This document shows, piece after piece, positions 1 through 9,737 of a stretch of DNA of 64,000 nt. Source of the DNA: an uncultured virus (IMG/VR IMGVR_UViG_3300019135_000021) (taxonomy: Duplodnaviria > Heunggongvirae > Uroviricota > Caudoviricetes); IMG/VR virus record IMGVR_UViG_3300019135_000021; one strand, 5' to 3'. Each line of letters opens with the position of its first letter. The first letter of the stretch is position 1. The translations under genes were made by a program, and so were the position numbers. The notes under the pieces are model-generated. The model did not search any database. It was not told the DNA's origin and saw only the letters and a program-made list of their open reading frames with translations.

Positions 1-110
1 ATATAATCATGTACGAATTCAGGCAAAATTAAACTACCTGTCCCCACTGGAATACAGGGGACAGGCAGCATAGGTGTTTTTTCTAAGTCTCATTTTAACG
101 GGTCAGTTCA
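1..110 (+). mobile_element. Right end of IS3-family (IS150-like) insertion sequence: transposase C-terminus (2..73) plus right terminal inverted repeat
   Basis: Frame from base 2 reads YNHVRIQAKLNYLSPLEYRGQAA*, the typical YNxxR..L...SP.EY tail of IS3 integrase cores; followed by AAGTCTCATTTTAACGGGTCAGTTCA ending in CA at 110. Confidence 0.8.
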
Positions 111-221
111 TCATCTTCATATGAGGACTTTTTTTAAAGTCTGGAAGACGAACTAGTTGAACCTTATGGAGACGATGGAATTGTTTCTATTTGGTTAGAT
201 GATGAATTATTAAAAGATTGA
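111..221 (+). pseudogene. 3' remnant of a gene interrupted by the IS, possibly an SMI1/KNR4-like immunity protein
   Basis: Reads SSYEDFF*SLEDELVEPYGDDGIVSIWLDDELLKD* directly after the IS end, with an internal stop; family guess from the SSYEDFF motif only. Confidence 0.3.
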
Positions 222-315
222 TTTAACCATCTTTTGAAAGATTTAAAATTCAATTGTTAAACTCACAAAAGTCCTATAAGCTATAATCAAATAGTGATTA
301 TTGGGAGGCAGAATT

Positions 316-798
316 ATGTTTAATGAACGAGAAGCGTTACGTTTGAGGCTTGAGCAGCTAAACGATAAAGAAATTATTGTCATGAGAGAGCTCAGAGAAG
401 AACGAGAAGGTATTTATTCAAAGTTGCGCGAGTTGGACAAAAACCAGAGTAATCCTCCTCAAGTCAGAGAAAGCTCTTCATTGATGGATTTAGTTAGCGC
501 AGCAGCCCAAGAATTGAAACAGTCTAAAAGCTCATCTCCACGCATTCAGACAAACAATGCCTCGCAACCCTTTAATAAGTCTATAACATCTATACAGCGT
601 GAAGCAGCACTTAAAATATTGAGTATGCATAAAGAAGGCATTAGAGGGGCAGGGCTTCGTAAGGAAATTGAGAAAGAAACAGGCATGAAAGTTAAAAATA
701 TGACAACTTTTATGAGCGGACTCATGAAACACCATCCTGAAATCAAAAAACCAGGCCGCGGTCATTATGTTATTAAGCGTGAAAAGTCCTTTGAGTAG
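316..798 (+). CDS. rok: Rok-family repressor / xenogeneic silencer (short form, about 160 aa)
   Basis: N-terminus MFNEREALRLRLEQLN and C-terminal NMTTFM..LMKH.P.I.KP.RG.Y match Bacillus Rok; GGGAGG RBS before ATG 316. Confidence 0.85.
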   Translation: MFNEREALRLRLEQLNDKEIIVMRELREEREGIYSKLRELDKNQSNPPQVRESSSLMDLVSAAAQELKQSKSSSPRIQTNNASQPFNKSITSIQREAALKILSMHKEGIRGAGLRKEIEKETGMKVKNMTTFMSGLMKHHPEIKKPGRGHYVIKREKSFE

Positions 799-827
799 GG
801 CTTTTTATGTTTGGTTTAATCTTAGTG

Positions 828-848
828 TATAATAAGAACATATATTCG
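828..848 (+). promoter_or_regulatory. Sigma-A -10 with adjacent LexA (SOS) box-like site
   Basis: TATAAT at 828-833 then AGAACATATATTCG at 835-848, near the CGAACNNNNGTTCG consensus. Confidence 0.5.
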
Positions 849-867
849 TTTTTAAGGTGATGGGATT

Positions 868-1221
868 ATGAGGCCGATTATTTCTGATGAACTTGCTAAT
901 GCTATTCATAAAAAAATCATTATTGATTTATGTATTTATGCTATGGAAACCAGAGTCAACAAAGCTGAGTTAATTAAAAACAAGAAGCTCATTGGTTATT
1001 ATGAAAGGAAATTAAAAAAGCTTCTTTCAATGAGGAAACGTATCAATTCATACTTGAAAAATGAAAACACGAAAATTCAAGAAGTTGTCATATGTGATGA
1101 TATGTTTGTTGAGTATCCTTATTATATAAGAACCGAAGAAGGGGGAATAAAAGAAGGAACTTCTCGGTACTGGAAAGCAGCTTTAAAGCTCCATATGAAA
1201 AGAATGCTTGAAGGATTATAA
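868..1221 (+). CDS. Hypothetical protein, possibly SOS-regulated
   Basis: 117-aa ORF with AAGGTG RBS and upstream SOS-like box. Confidence 0.7.
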   Translation: MRPIISDELANAIHKKIIIDLCIYAMETRVNKAELIKNKKLIGYYERKLKKLLSMRKRINSYLKNENTKIQEVVICDDMFVEYPYYIRTEEGGIKEGTSRYWKAALKLHMKRMLEGL

Positions 1222-1362
1222 AACAATGCACCCCTTATCCCCGAAATAAAAATTACCTTAATTATTCCAATTCTCCATTGACACAATCCAAAAATAGGAT
1301 ATCCTTAAGGAATAAACTTGCTGTAAGAATGAGGGATTTGTGGTAAGGGGGGATCTTAAAAA

Positions 1363-2622
1363 ATGAATAGTGATACTGTATGGCAAAGAAACTTCACGTT
1401 CCTTTTTTGTTCTAAGCTGGTGAAGATAACAGCAGACTGCTTTGCAGTAAATACAATTCTGTGGTTTTTGATTTTTGAAGGAAAAGGGGCAATTGGAACT
1501 GCTCTATTACTAGCTGTATCTTTTCTCCCGCAGGCTTTATTGGGGCCAATCATAACTCCACTAATGAAGGTAGACACTTTAAAGTTTTGGATGTTTTTTG
1601 CGGACATAACCAGAGCTCTACTCATGCTTGCGATTCCAATTTGTTATTTCAGCGGTTTTTCGCCACTGTGGTTTATCTTATTACTCATGTTGATTCATTC
1701 AGCCACAGGAGCGTCTTATAACCCTGCTAGTGTTTCGTTGATTCCGAAAATTGTAAAAGGGAACCTCATTCAAAAGGCAAATGCGGTTATGCAGTCATCA
1801 GAACATATTGTAAGACTTGTTGGGGTAACAGTTTGTGGTGTTACTATTGTTGCAATTGGGGCAGCGCGAGCAATGTTAATTACACTTCCACTGTATTTGC
1901 TTTCAGCCAGCATAGTGCTTTTTATTAAATACAAAATAAAGGGAGCAGACGAATCTGAAAGCGATAGACCAAAACAAAAAGGCACATACTTCAAAAAATT
2001 AAAAAGAGGATTTACGCTTGTTCGAAGTCATCATATTTTATTCCCGTTAGCTATCTATTGTGTTTTTTCTAATTTGGCTTCCGCGCCTTGGGAAGCACTT
2101 TCTGCAGTTTATATAGCTGAAGAATTAGGTGGAGATCCCATCATTCATTCCTTACTAAAAGTGACTACAGCAGGAGGAGCTTTTTTGTTAGGATATATTC
2201 TGGCTAAGGTTAAGGTTAATCGTTATGGACTGTTATTTGTAACTGCTGGAATAGTCGAAGGGATTGCTTTTTTTGTCACAGGAATGAATTCATTATTACC
2301 ATTAGTGTTTTTGGCTGCCTTGGCTTTAGGAGCTACAATTAGTGCAATTAATGTACCAGAGCACACTATAATCCAAATATCTGTTGATGATGAAGATCAG
2401 CCACAAGTGTATTCAGTAATAAGTATGATTTCTTACGTCATGATTCCATTGGGAGCTATAGTTGGTGGTTATGCTGCAACAGTTTTTGGTTCAGGAAGAG
2501 TAATTGCTGTTGGAGGGATAGTTGAGATCATTGCAGGTATTGCTATCCTACTGTTCACAAAGCTTGGGAAAGCTCAACGTATTGATATGATACGAGAGAA
2601 AGAAGGAAATTTGAAGGCTTGA
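1363..2622 (+). CDS. MFS transporter (DHA3/MefA-like efflux)
   Basis: 419 aa, about 12 hydrophobic segments, WQRNFTFLF start and PASVSLIPKIV...LIQKAN motif typical of DHA3 exporters. Confidence 0.85.
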   Translation: MNSDTVWQRNFTFLFCSKLVKITADCFAVNTILWFLIFEGKGAIGTALLLAVSFLPQALLGPIITPLMKVDTLKFWMFFADITRALLMLAIPICYFSGFSPLWFILLLMLIHSATGASYNPASVSLIPKIVKGNLIQKANAVMQSSEHIVRLVGVTVCGVTIVAIGAARAMLITLPLYLLSASIVLFIKYKIKGADESESDRPKQKGTYFKKLKRGFTLVRSHHILFPLAIYCVFSNLASAPWEALSAVYIAEELGGDPIIHSLLKVTTAGGAFLLGYILAKVKVNRYGLLFVTAGIVEGIAFFVTGMNSLLPLVFLAALALGATISAINVPEHTIIQISVDDEDQPQVYSVISMISYVMIPLGAIVGGYAATVFGSGRVIAVGGIVEIIAGIAILLFTKLGKAQRIDMIREKEGNLKA

Positions 2623-2732
2623 GTTTAATTTTCAAATAAATCTAACAAAATGCTTTTAAAGACTTCCAAATTTTGCGATAATACAGATGATTATAAATCT
2701 TGATTTGTATTTAGAGAAAGGATGAGAGGGGA

Positions 2733-3839
2733 TTGACAACGACTGAAATTGCATATGAAGAAGTAGCCAATAAGATTAACCAGTGGTATACGATGATTAA
2801 AAAGCGTGAAATTGAAGATGCCATAAAGTTGAAAGATGAAATTGATTGCTTGTTGGATGATATGGAGGAGAATCAAAATTTGCTCCTTTATTACAATCTC
2901 TTAGATGCGCGTCACAAGATGTCGGTAGACATGTTTAAGTCGTCAGGGGAAATCCTTGAGAAGATTCGGAAAAGTCCTGAAATGCAGAAAACGGATGATA
3001 TGCTCCAATATTATTTTTTGTTTTTCTCTGGTCAATATATGTTTTTCAAAAAGAAGTACATAGATGCAATTAATTATTACAAATTAGCTGAAGATAAGCT
3101 GGTTAAAATTGAAGATGAAATTGAAAAAGCGGAATTTTATTATCATTTAGCCATATCATATTATTACATTGATCAATATTTCTTCTCATTAGCTTATGCT
3201 GAAAAAGCTCTAACTATCTTCAGGGAATTTGAAGACTATGCACATAGATCAATTAGCAGTGAAATGATCTTGGGTGCAAATAAACTTGATTTATTCCATT
3301 ATGAATCGGCTTATGAGCATTACAGCCATGCCTTAAAATTTGCAAAGGCTAAGCAGATTCCTGAGTCTGAAGGAAAGGCATATCATAATCTTGGGATACT
3401 CTATATAAGAAGAAACATGCTATCTGAAGCAAAAGACTGTTTTAAAAATGCTTTGCAGCTTCAAGATTATATCCAAAGCATAAATGGACTTAAATCAATC
3501 TATAACCTTACTCATGTCTTGTATAAATCGGGACAGATTGAAGAAGCAAGGGAATGGTATGACAAAGGATTGAAACGTGCAGAAAAAGAAGGAGATAAGG
3601 AATATTTGGCGAAACTTACACTTGTTAACACCTTATACGATGAGTACAATGAAAGTGTGTTAACGAATTCCCTTGACATTTTAGAAAAGTTGGATTTATG
3701 GAATGATGTAGCAGAATTGACACTAGAAGTGGGGTGCTACTACAAAAAATCCGATGATATCAAGAATGCAGCAAAATATCTTGAAAAATGTATTCACGCA
3801 AGGGATCAAATTCTAAAAGTGACGGAGGAATTAAAATGA
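2733..3839 (+). CDS. rap: Rap-family TPR regulator
   Basis: 368 aa with Rap N-terminus (IAYEEVANKINQWYTMIK, MEENQNLLLYYNLLDARH) and TPR repeats; overlaps a phr gene. Confidence 0.9.
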   Translation: MTTTEIAYEEVANKINQWYTMIKKREIEDAIKLKDEIDCLLDDMEENQNLLLYYNLLDARHKMSVDMFKSSGEILEKIRKSPEMQKTDDMLQYYFLFFSGQYMFFKKKYIDAINYYKLAEDKLVKIEDEIEKAEFYYHLAISYYYIDQYFFSLAYAEKALTIFREFEDYAHRSISSEMILGANKLDLFHYESAYEHYSHALKFAKAKQIPESEGKAYHNLGILYIRRNMLSEAKDCFKNALQLQDYIQSINGLKSIYNLTHVLYKSGQIEEAREWYDKGLKRAEKEGDKEYLAKLTLVNTLYDEYNESVLTNSLDILEKLDLWNDVAELTLEVGCYYKKSDDIKNAAKYLEKCIHARDQILKVTEELK

Positions 3840-3964
3840 AAAAGACAATTACCATTGCTTCTACAGTCATCTTAGCTGGTTTGGTTGCATTCGGAGTGTC
3901 TACTGGGAAAATAGCAGTTCAACAAGGTGAGCAAGTGCAAGTCGCTGAAAAAGCTGTCTTCTGA
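3836..3964 (+). CDS. phr: Phr signalling peptide precursor (42 aa), predicted mature peptide EKAVF or AEKAVF
   Basis: ATGA overlap with rap stop; MKKTITIASTVILAGLVAFGVSTGKIAVQQGEQVQVAEKAVF has a signal peptide and a VA-preceded C-terminal pentapeptide; not in ORF track. Confidence 0.85.
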   Translation: MKKTITIASTVILAGLVAFGVSTGKIAVQQGEQVQVAEKAVF

Positions 3965-4244
3965 TGCGTGTTTTAGTTAAAGGGTATGATTCAAACAGTC
4001 CCTTTAAGGACTAAAAAACATCATTAAAGCAATATATGTTAGGCTATCTTTTACAAAGAAGGATAGCCTATTTTCTTTAATGAAAAACAAGGGCATATTT
4101 GACGAAAAGTATACTGTTGATTATAGTCAATTGCAAATGTTATAATCATTAATGTAATGCATTACATTTTAGAATGAGGTATTCATGAATACTTCATTAA
4201 ACAAAAGTATTGCAATGGTTTATTAATTTGTAAAAAGCATAAAA

Positions 4245-4380
4245 TAAAAAAGACCCGACTGCGGCTAACAGTCGAGTCGTTGTACAAAAAGCAGCCCACC
4301 AAGGGGCTTGCTCATAGGATCTTGATGATAGACCTATCCCTTTAAGTTTAGAGGCTCAAGGGAGGTCTATTTTTCTTTCT
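4245..4380 (+). ncRNA. Putative type I antitoxin RNA (SR4/SR5/RatA-like), convergent with toxin gene; ends approximate
   Basis: Plus-strand stem ATAGACCT..TCCCT/AGGGAGGTCTAT plus T tract overlapping the toxin 3' end; minus-strand terminator hairpin at about 4246-4279. Confidence 0.6.
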
Positions 4381-4444
4381 TTGACAACACGGCAATTAAC
4401 ATGCCAAAAGCAATCATTAATGAGATTGTTTCAAATGTTGTCAT
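4367..4444 (-). CDS. BsrE/BsrH-like type I toxin (25 aa; alternative start 4450)
   Basis: MTTFETISLMIAFGMLIAVLSKKEK*, single TM helix with basic tail, strong RBS AAGGGGGTG; not in ORF track. Confidence 0.8.
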   Translation of the reverse strand: MTTFETISLMIAFGMLIAVLSKKEK

Positions 4445-4651
4445 ATGCATCACCCCCTTCCAATGAGGGTGAGCAAGACTTCCCTTGAGTGAGCAAAGCT
4501 TATATGTACAATGAATATTATACACTAGACAACCAAATTGTGGTTGTCTTTTTTGTATGTCTTTTATGCAATTCTAAAGAGTTGTCTCACATTGGATATA
4601 TCGAACGGAAGCATGTGTTTTATTATTGTGCTCAGAGGGAGATCAAGCATA

Positions 4652-4951
4652 TTACATTTGTTTAAGAAAGTCTCTGAGTACCTGCACTAAAACCTTAGCA
4701 TCCTCTTTGTTTAATGTCATCAATTCCTCAGTCGAAATCCCATCATTGATTTCCATTCTTAAACTAGGGTCAGCCAATATGGCTGATGAAATCTCTACAG
4801 CGTTTTCTTCAGTATCTTCTGAATCATTCTGAGGAGGGATATCAGGAGGAGACGCAACGAGACTAAGCTTAATTGATTTTTCTTCTCCGGTGTTAATATG
4901 TACTTCTGAAAAGTTTGATTGATAGGGGGAGTATGTAACAGTCGTTTTCAT
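4652..4951 (-). CDS. Hypothetical protein
   Basis: 99-aa ORF downstream of holin with AAAGGG RBS. Confidence 0.65.
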   Translation of the reverse strand: MKTTVTYSPYQSNFSEVHINTGEEKSIKLSLVASPPDIPPQNDSEDTEENAVEISSAILADPSLRMEINDGISTEELMTLNKEDAKVLVQVLRDFLKQM

Positions 4952-4969
4952 TAAATCAGCCCTTTACTA

Positions 4970-5224
4970 TTATTGTCTTGGCTCTTCATATTCCATTGCT
5001 TGATTGCTATCAGAGATGCCTTTAGTTGTGGGGTCAACTACAATGCCTAATGCAACCAACAATGTTAATATAGCGTTGAATTTTTCAGTTAGAGCAGCAC
5101 TGTATACTGTTATGTCATATCCAAAAGCTGAAGCAATTGTTTGAACAAATAAAAGTGTTGCAGAGAAAATTGTTACAAGGAATGTTTTCTTTTTCAGTCT
5201 TACTTTCCAGTTGATTTTATTCAT
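4970..5224 (-). CDS. Phage holin (phi LC3-like)
   Basis: KINWKVRLK start, two TM segments, GIVVDPTTKGISDS motif. Confidence 0.9.
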   Translation of the reverse strand: MNKINWKVRLKKKTFLVTIFSATLLFVQTIASAFGYDITVYSAALTEKFNAILTLLVALGIVVDPTTKGISDSNQAMEYEEPRQ

Positions 5225-5242
5225 AATATCAATCTCCTTTTC

Positions 5243-5629
5243 TTATTTAAGTCCGAAATGTATAAGCAACCATGCACCGACTAACGTTGCGATTACAGTA
5301 GGTAAAACCTTGTACATGAGGTCTTTACCGAATTGACCTGGATCAATTTTTCTATTGGAATCTGATTGTTCCAGAATGCCCACTCGATTGTCGAGTTTTT
5401 CATATGATTTGCTTAGATTTTTTAAGCTGTTATTCATCTCAGTCAATGTGACAAATTGTTCGCGCGATTGTTTTTGGGCATCTTTGTTTATTTCGATTTG
5501 CTGTTCCATAAGAGTTGTTAGTCGACTCATGTCTTCAGTTCTTGCTTCTAAATTTGTAATTTTTTCTTGATGATTTTTCATTTTTTCTTCTAAGACACTT
5601 AACCGTGTATTTACATCTACTTCAGCCAC
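5243..5629 (-). CDS. Lysis accessory membrane protein (XhlA/BhlA-like position)
   Basis: Coiled coil plus C-terminal TM helix, located between amidase and holin. Confidence 0.6.
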   Translation of the reverse strand: MAEVDVNTRLSVLEEKMKNHQEKITNLEARTEDMSRLTTLMEQQIEINKDAQKQSREQFVTLTEMNNSLKNLSKSYEKLDNRVGILEQSDSNRKIDPGQFGKDLMYKVLPTVIATLVGAWLLIHFGLK

Positions 5630-5760
5630 AAATTCAACCGTCCTTTATCAATAATAAAGGAGGTGTACGTCATCCCACGTTGTTCACCTCCAGTAGAAAT
5701 AGAGGATATCCATTGATCAATTAAAATCAACAGATATCCTTAATGATACTTAAATATCAA

Positions 5761-6849
5761 TTAGACTCTTGTGCCAAACTGACCTGAAACATAACCGCGT
5801 CTGCCATTGTAAATAACTTCCCAATAGCCTTTAGGGTTATTTTTCCCTTTCACTGACCCGGAAATGTCAATTTTGCTGCCGAGTTTAATTGTCCCGATAT
5901 TCTTTGAATTGTTGCGATCAGGTTTGTCCATAACAATTGCAGCATTTGATACTCCAACAATTTTAATTTTTCCCACAGACTTAATTGAAGAAGAACCGGA
6001 GCTGGATTTTGATGCTGTTGATTTAGAAGGGGAGGAGGCAGTCTTCAAACTTCCTGAAACTTCAACATATTTATCAGATGCAGTAATGTAATATGTTGCT
6101 CCTTTAGAGTTTTTAACTTTGTACTGATAAGCACTTCCAACCTTAACTTCTTCAACAACAGTAGGGAAACCATAGCCTTTATTCACTGTACCAACAACAT
6201 CTCTGTCTTCCCAAGAAGGTTTAGAATAGAAGCGAAGACCATTAACTTTTGATTTCAGGGAGCAACTTGCAGCAGTAGAGGAGGAAGAACCTTTACTAGA
6301 GGGAGCTGTAGAATTTGAAACAGTTTTGTTTCCGAGCAGTCCATCAACTTTTTTGCGAAATGCTGCCAGCTTGCTTGAGTCACTTACCCAAGGGGCAGGA
6401 CAGCTTTTGTTTGTTACATCATAATGACGGACGATTTTATCTGTAGACAATTTGAATCTTTTACAAAGATCAGCAACCAATTCAGCAGCATTCTGCACAG
6501 TTTCATCATGAATGGTGCCGTTTTTCTCCACGCACATTTCAACGGAAATCGATGTTTGGTTCGCATTTGGTTTTAGGAAGCTCACAAAGCAGCGGTTTTG
6601 ATCGTGTGCATGATAAGCCATTTCATTTTCAGGAATAATATATTGCGCTTCATTTCTATCTACAAAGTAATGAGCAGAAGCATAACGTTTATCAGCAATA
6701 CATGTACCATTGAAATAATTTCGCTCATTTAACGCACTAGCTCCTGGAGTTGCAGTCCAGTGCATTACAATTCCTTTAACACCAGAAAGCTTTAGACCTG
6801 GACGAGTGTATTGATTGACTTTCACAAAATTTTTTACGACTTTAACCAA
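5761..6849 (-). CDS. blyA: N-acetylmuramoyl-L-alanine amidase endolysin
   Basis: Amidase_2 motifs (IVMHWTA, SAHYFVD, AYHA, VRHYDVTNKSCP), Ser-rich linkers, SH3-like C-terminal domains. Confidence 0.9.
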   Translation of the reverse strand: MVKVVKNFVKVNQYTRPGLKLSGVKGIVMHWTATPGASALNERNYFNGTCIADKRYASAHYFVDRNEAQYIIPENEMAYHAHDQNRCFVSFLKPNANQTSISVEMCVEKNGTIHDETVQNAAELVADLCKRFKLSTDKIVRHYDVTNKSCPAPWVSDSSKLAAFRKKVDGLLGNKTVSNSTAPSSKGSSSSTAASCSLKSKVNGLRFYSKPSWEDRDVVGTVNKGYGFPTVVEEVKVGSAYQYKVKNSKGATYYITASDKYVEVSGSLKTASSPSKSTASKSSSGSSSIKSVGKIKIVGVSNAAIVMDKPDRNNSKNIGTIKLGSKIDISGSVKGKNNPKGYWEVIYNGRRGYVSGQFGTRV

Positions 6850-7004
6850 ATTAAATCACTCCTGTTTGTTTTTGAGCATTAAAAAAGAGACTGGCTAATT
6901 ACCAATCTCTCTCGTTCTCACATATGCTCTTGTTTTCTCTGTTTTGCTAAACTGTAGTTTGAATGAAATCTAAATTTTATTCAGAATTTAACCACCTCCT
7001 AAAG

Positions 7005-8909
7005 TTAGGATTCACTCTTAGTAGTTATTTTACGAATGTAATCATCTTTGTTCGTCCCATAGTAGCCATTGAAATTGGACTCACCCAGAACAATGATACG
7101 GCCAGTTCCTTTGGTGTTGGCTACATTCACCTCAGTAGCTTCAGCTTCTACTAAAATAGCGAATTCTTTTTCAACACCTCTAATTCGATTTCCTTCTATT
7201 CTTCCATCGTAGCCATTCTCAACATAAATTCCTCCACGGCCTCTTTCGCTACTTTGTTCTTTATTATTATTTAGTACATTATTATCTCTAACATCAAAGT
7301 AGTCACATTTTTGAACAAATATACCGTTTCGTCCAGTGGTATTGATCTCATTCCTATCAATTGATACATGGTAGGACTTTGTAACAGTGGAGGAAGTGTC
7401 CCTACTCTTAGCAAGGTATACTGCTTCAGTATCGACATTTGATATACCATTGCCGGAAATAAAAGTGTTGTAACAACCTTCAATCCACATTCCTCTTCGT
7501 CCACCGTAAATCTTATTATTGTTAACGAAAATGTTTCTAGCAAAGACTAGCTTTATTGCCTGTTCATCATTGTATTTGCCAATGTCTTGTCCTTTTATTT
7601 TAAAGTAATTACCCGATATGCGAATTTCATCGTTCCAGGCTATTTCTTTATTATAAATTTGACCAAACGCAACAACCCCACTGGATGTATAATCGTAAAA
7701 GTCATTTCCTTCAACTAACACGTTTTGTCCATTTTGTGGTCGATTCATCTGTACACCATCTGCATTTTTAGAGCTTTCAATTCCGCCTGCAGCTTGTGAA
7801 ATACGTACACACTCTTTATTACGGATGAACACATTGTTTGTAATTTTAACGTTATTCCATTTGAAAGTTCGAACTCCAGCAAATCCACAGTCCTCGATAA
7901 CATTATTAAAAATGGTGATATTGCTTTGAAAAACATCATAAACGGCATAATGGTTCCCTATAGCACATCCCCAACCACCTAACAGTTTAGATTTTCCAAA
8001 ATAATTATGTGCAATATAAACATTTGTATTAGGTGTGGCATCAAATTCTCCAAATTGATTAAGTCCTATTTCAATGAATTCTCCAAGCTGAATAGCCTCT
8101 GAGTAGTTTCTCTGTCCAGTAAGATCAATAAAACCAGTAAATTTGCTATTTGTAATTCGAAGATTATCACATCCATTGGCATCAATCGCATGGGCGCTTA
8201 TCGTATCTTTAAATGTTACATTGTCTATTGTAATATTTTTGGCATGTCCAAGAATTATGGAATCCATAGCGCTCGTAGGGTACTTATCAATGTTTGCATA
8301 ATTCCCATCTAAAATACCGCCTTCAATGATTATGTTTCCTCTTCCTAAATAACCTTTGAATTTATCAGTTGGCGTTCCATTAGCAAAAAATCCACCTGCC
8401 CATCCTCTGAGCAGAATACAATTTTGAGCCATAGTGACCCGAGTATTTTCATAGACAAACATTCTTTTTTCAATTAAATATTTGCCACCGGGAATAAAAA
8501 GTTGCCCTCCGCCTTCGTTATGAATATCATCCAGCGCTTTTTGAATAGCCTCGGCCGAAGGTTTTCCCCCAGTAGGGTCTGCTCCATAACTAAGAGCATT
8601 TTTAAAATAAATTTTTTTATTTAGGGAGCTGGAGCTTTCATTGATTATTTCCTCCATATTAGTTATTTTATTATCAACGCCTTTATCCAATTTATCTACT
8701 TTCTCATTAATTTTGAGAAAGTCAGAGTCAATTCTTTCTTTAGCTGATGAGTAAACATGATTATCATTGTCAATCTTTATATCATCTAAAGATTTAATAT
8801 CATCAGCGGTATATCTATTGTTTTCAGATTTTAATCCTACGGCGTCTATTGGAATCCATTTCTGTAATTCTTCATCATGATAGCCCATTGTGTTTACAGG
8901 GATTGACAT
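7005..8909 (-). CDS. yomE: Pectate-lyase-like beta-helix tail depolymerase
   Basis: NALSYGADPTG...AIQKALD...GGGQLFIPGGKY followed by beta-helix repeats; synteny. Confidence 0.75.
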   Translation of the reverse strand: MSIPVNTMGYHDEELQKWIPIDAVGLKSENNRYTADDIKSLDDIKIDNDNHVYSSAKERIDSDFLKINEKVDKLDKGVDNKITNMEEIINESSSSLNKKIYFKNALSYGADPTGGKPSAEAIQKALDDIHNEGGGQLFIPGGKYLIEKRMFVYENTRVTMAQNCILLRGWAGGFFANGTPTDKFKGYLGRGNIIIEGGILDGNYANIDKYPTSAMDSIILGHAKNITIDNVTFKDTISAHAIDANGCDNLRITNSKFTGFIDLTGQRNYSEAIQLGEFIEIGLNQFGEFDATPNTNVYIAHNYFGKSKLLGGWGCAIGNHYAVYDVFQSNITIFNNVIEDCGFAGVRTFKWNNVKITNNVFIRNKECVRISQAAGGIESSKNADGVQMNRPQNGQNVLVEGNDFYDYTSSGVVAFGQIYNKEIAWNDEIRISGNYFKIKGQDIGKYNDEQAIKLVFARNIFVNNNKIYGGRRGMWIEGCYNTFISGNGISNVDTEAVYLAKSRDTSSTVTKSYHVSIDRNEINTTGRNGIFVQKCDYFDVRDNNVLNNNKEQSSERGRGGIYVENGYDGRIEGNRIRGVEKEFAILVEAEATEVNVANTKGTGRIIVLGESNFNGYYGTNKDDYIRKITTKSES

Positions 8910-8924
8910 AACATTCCTCCTTTT

Positions 8925-9722
8925 TTACTCTTTCCTAATCCAGATCAAATTAGTTTCTGGGGCATCTTTTGATGGTTTAACCCTTTTTTTACTTGGTGAT
9001 GTATTGGTTCTTAACCAAACAGTCCGAATGTTATAAGGCTCAACATAGCTAGAAACAACGTTATAGCCATCGAATTTATCGGAGATACTAATGTTGATCC
9101 AATCAAAACCGTCCCAACGATACTCGATTCCCGTTTCTCTAATAGTGACTGTCCAACCAATTTGAGGATTTGGGTAGGTATCTAGCAGATCTTTGTATGT
9201 GTAAACCATTGGGAGGTATATTTTTCTTGTGTTTTCAACTACATTTTCATAATCTGATGTCGTAGCTCGTGTCCACTTAGTAATCTCTTTGGATTCTTCT
9301 GTGGCTTTTTCCGATTCCTCAGTAGCTTTACGAGCTCTTTCTGTTAGTGAATCTAATGTCTCAGTTACTTCATTTCCGTCACGTTCTGTCCAAATACGAG
9401 AACCAGGGAAATAATAAGCACCTTCACCGCTGTATTTGAATTGAAGAGATTTTCCTTCATTTGACGCATTAAAAAAGACAACTCCATTAAGGTAATCAAC
9501 CTTAAAGTAGTCGTCTTGTAATTCACCATCTTCAATTTCTTTCCATAGCTTGCCGTCACCAGAGACTTCAACTCTCATTTCTCTGTTGGGGACTTCTGTT
9601 AATTGAGCCTTTCCGTTATAAATCACCTGTGTTTCATTGTAAAGCTGGTAAGGATCATCAATCGACCCTTTTCTCTTCTTAGATAGAATAGGGTCGTTAT
9701 AAAATCTTGGAGTATCTTCCAA
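8925..9722 (-). CDS. yomF: Baseplate/tail protein
   Basis: Synteny between yomE and yomG; YPNPQIGWTV motif. Confidence 0.65.
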   Translation of the reverse strand: MEDTPRFYNDPILSKKRKGSIDDPYQLYNETQVIYNGKAQLTEVPNREMRVEVSGDGKLWKEIEDGELQDDYFKVDYLNGVVFFNASNEGKSLQFKYSGEGAYYFPGSRIWTERDGNEVTETLDSLTERARKATEESEKATEESKEITKWTRATTSDYENVVENTRKIYLPMVYTYKDLLDTYPNPQIGWTVTIRETGIEYRWDGFDWINISISDKFDGYNVVSSYVEPYNIRTVWLRTNTSPSKKRVKPSKDAPETNLIWIRKE

Positions 9723-9737
9723 AGGATCACCCCCATA

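Noticed and set aside
2733..3964. Arbitrium aimR-aimP locus
   Set aside because: Protein has a Rap-type N-terminal helical bundle rather than an AimR-type N-terminus, and the locus is beside the lysis module, not in the early region
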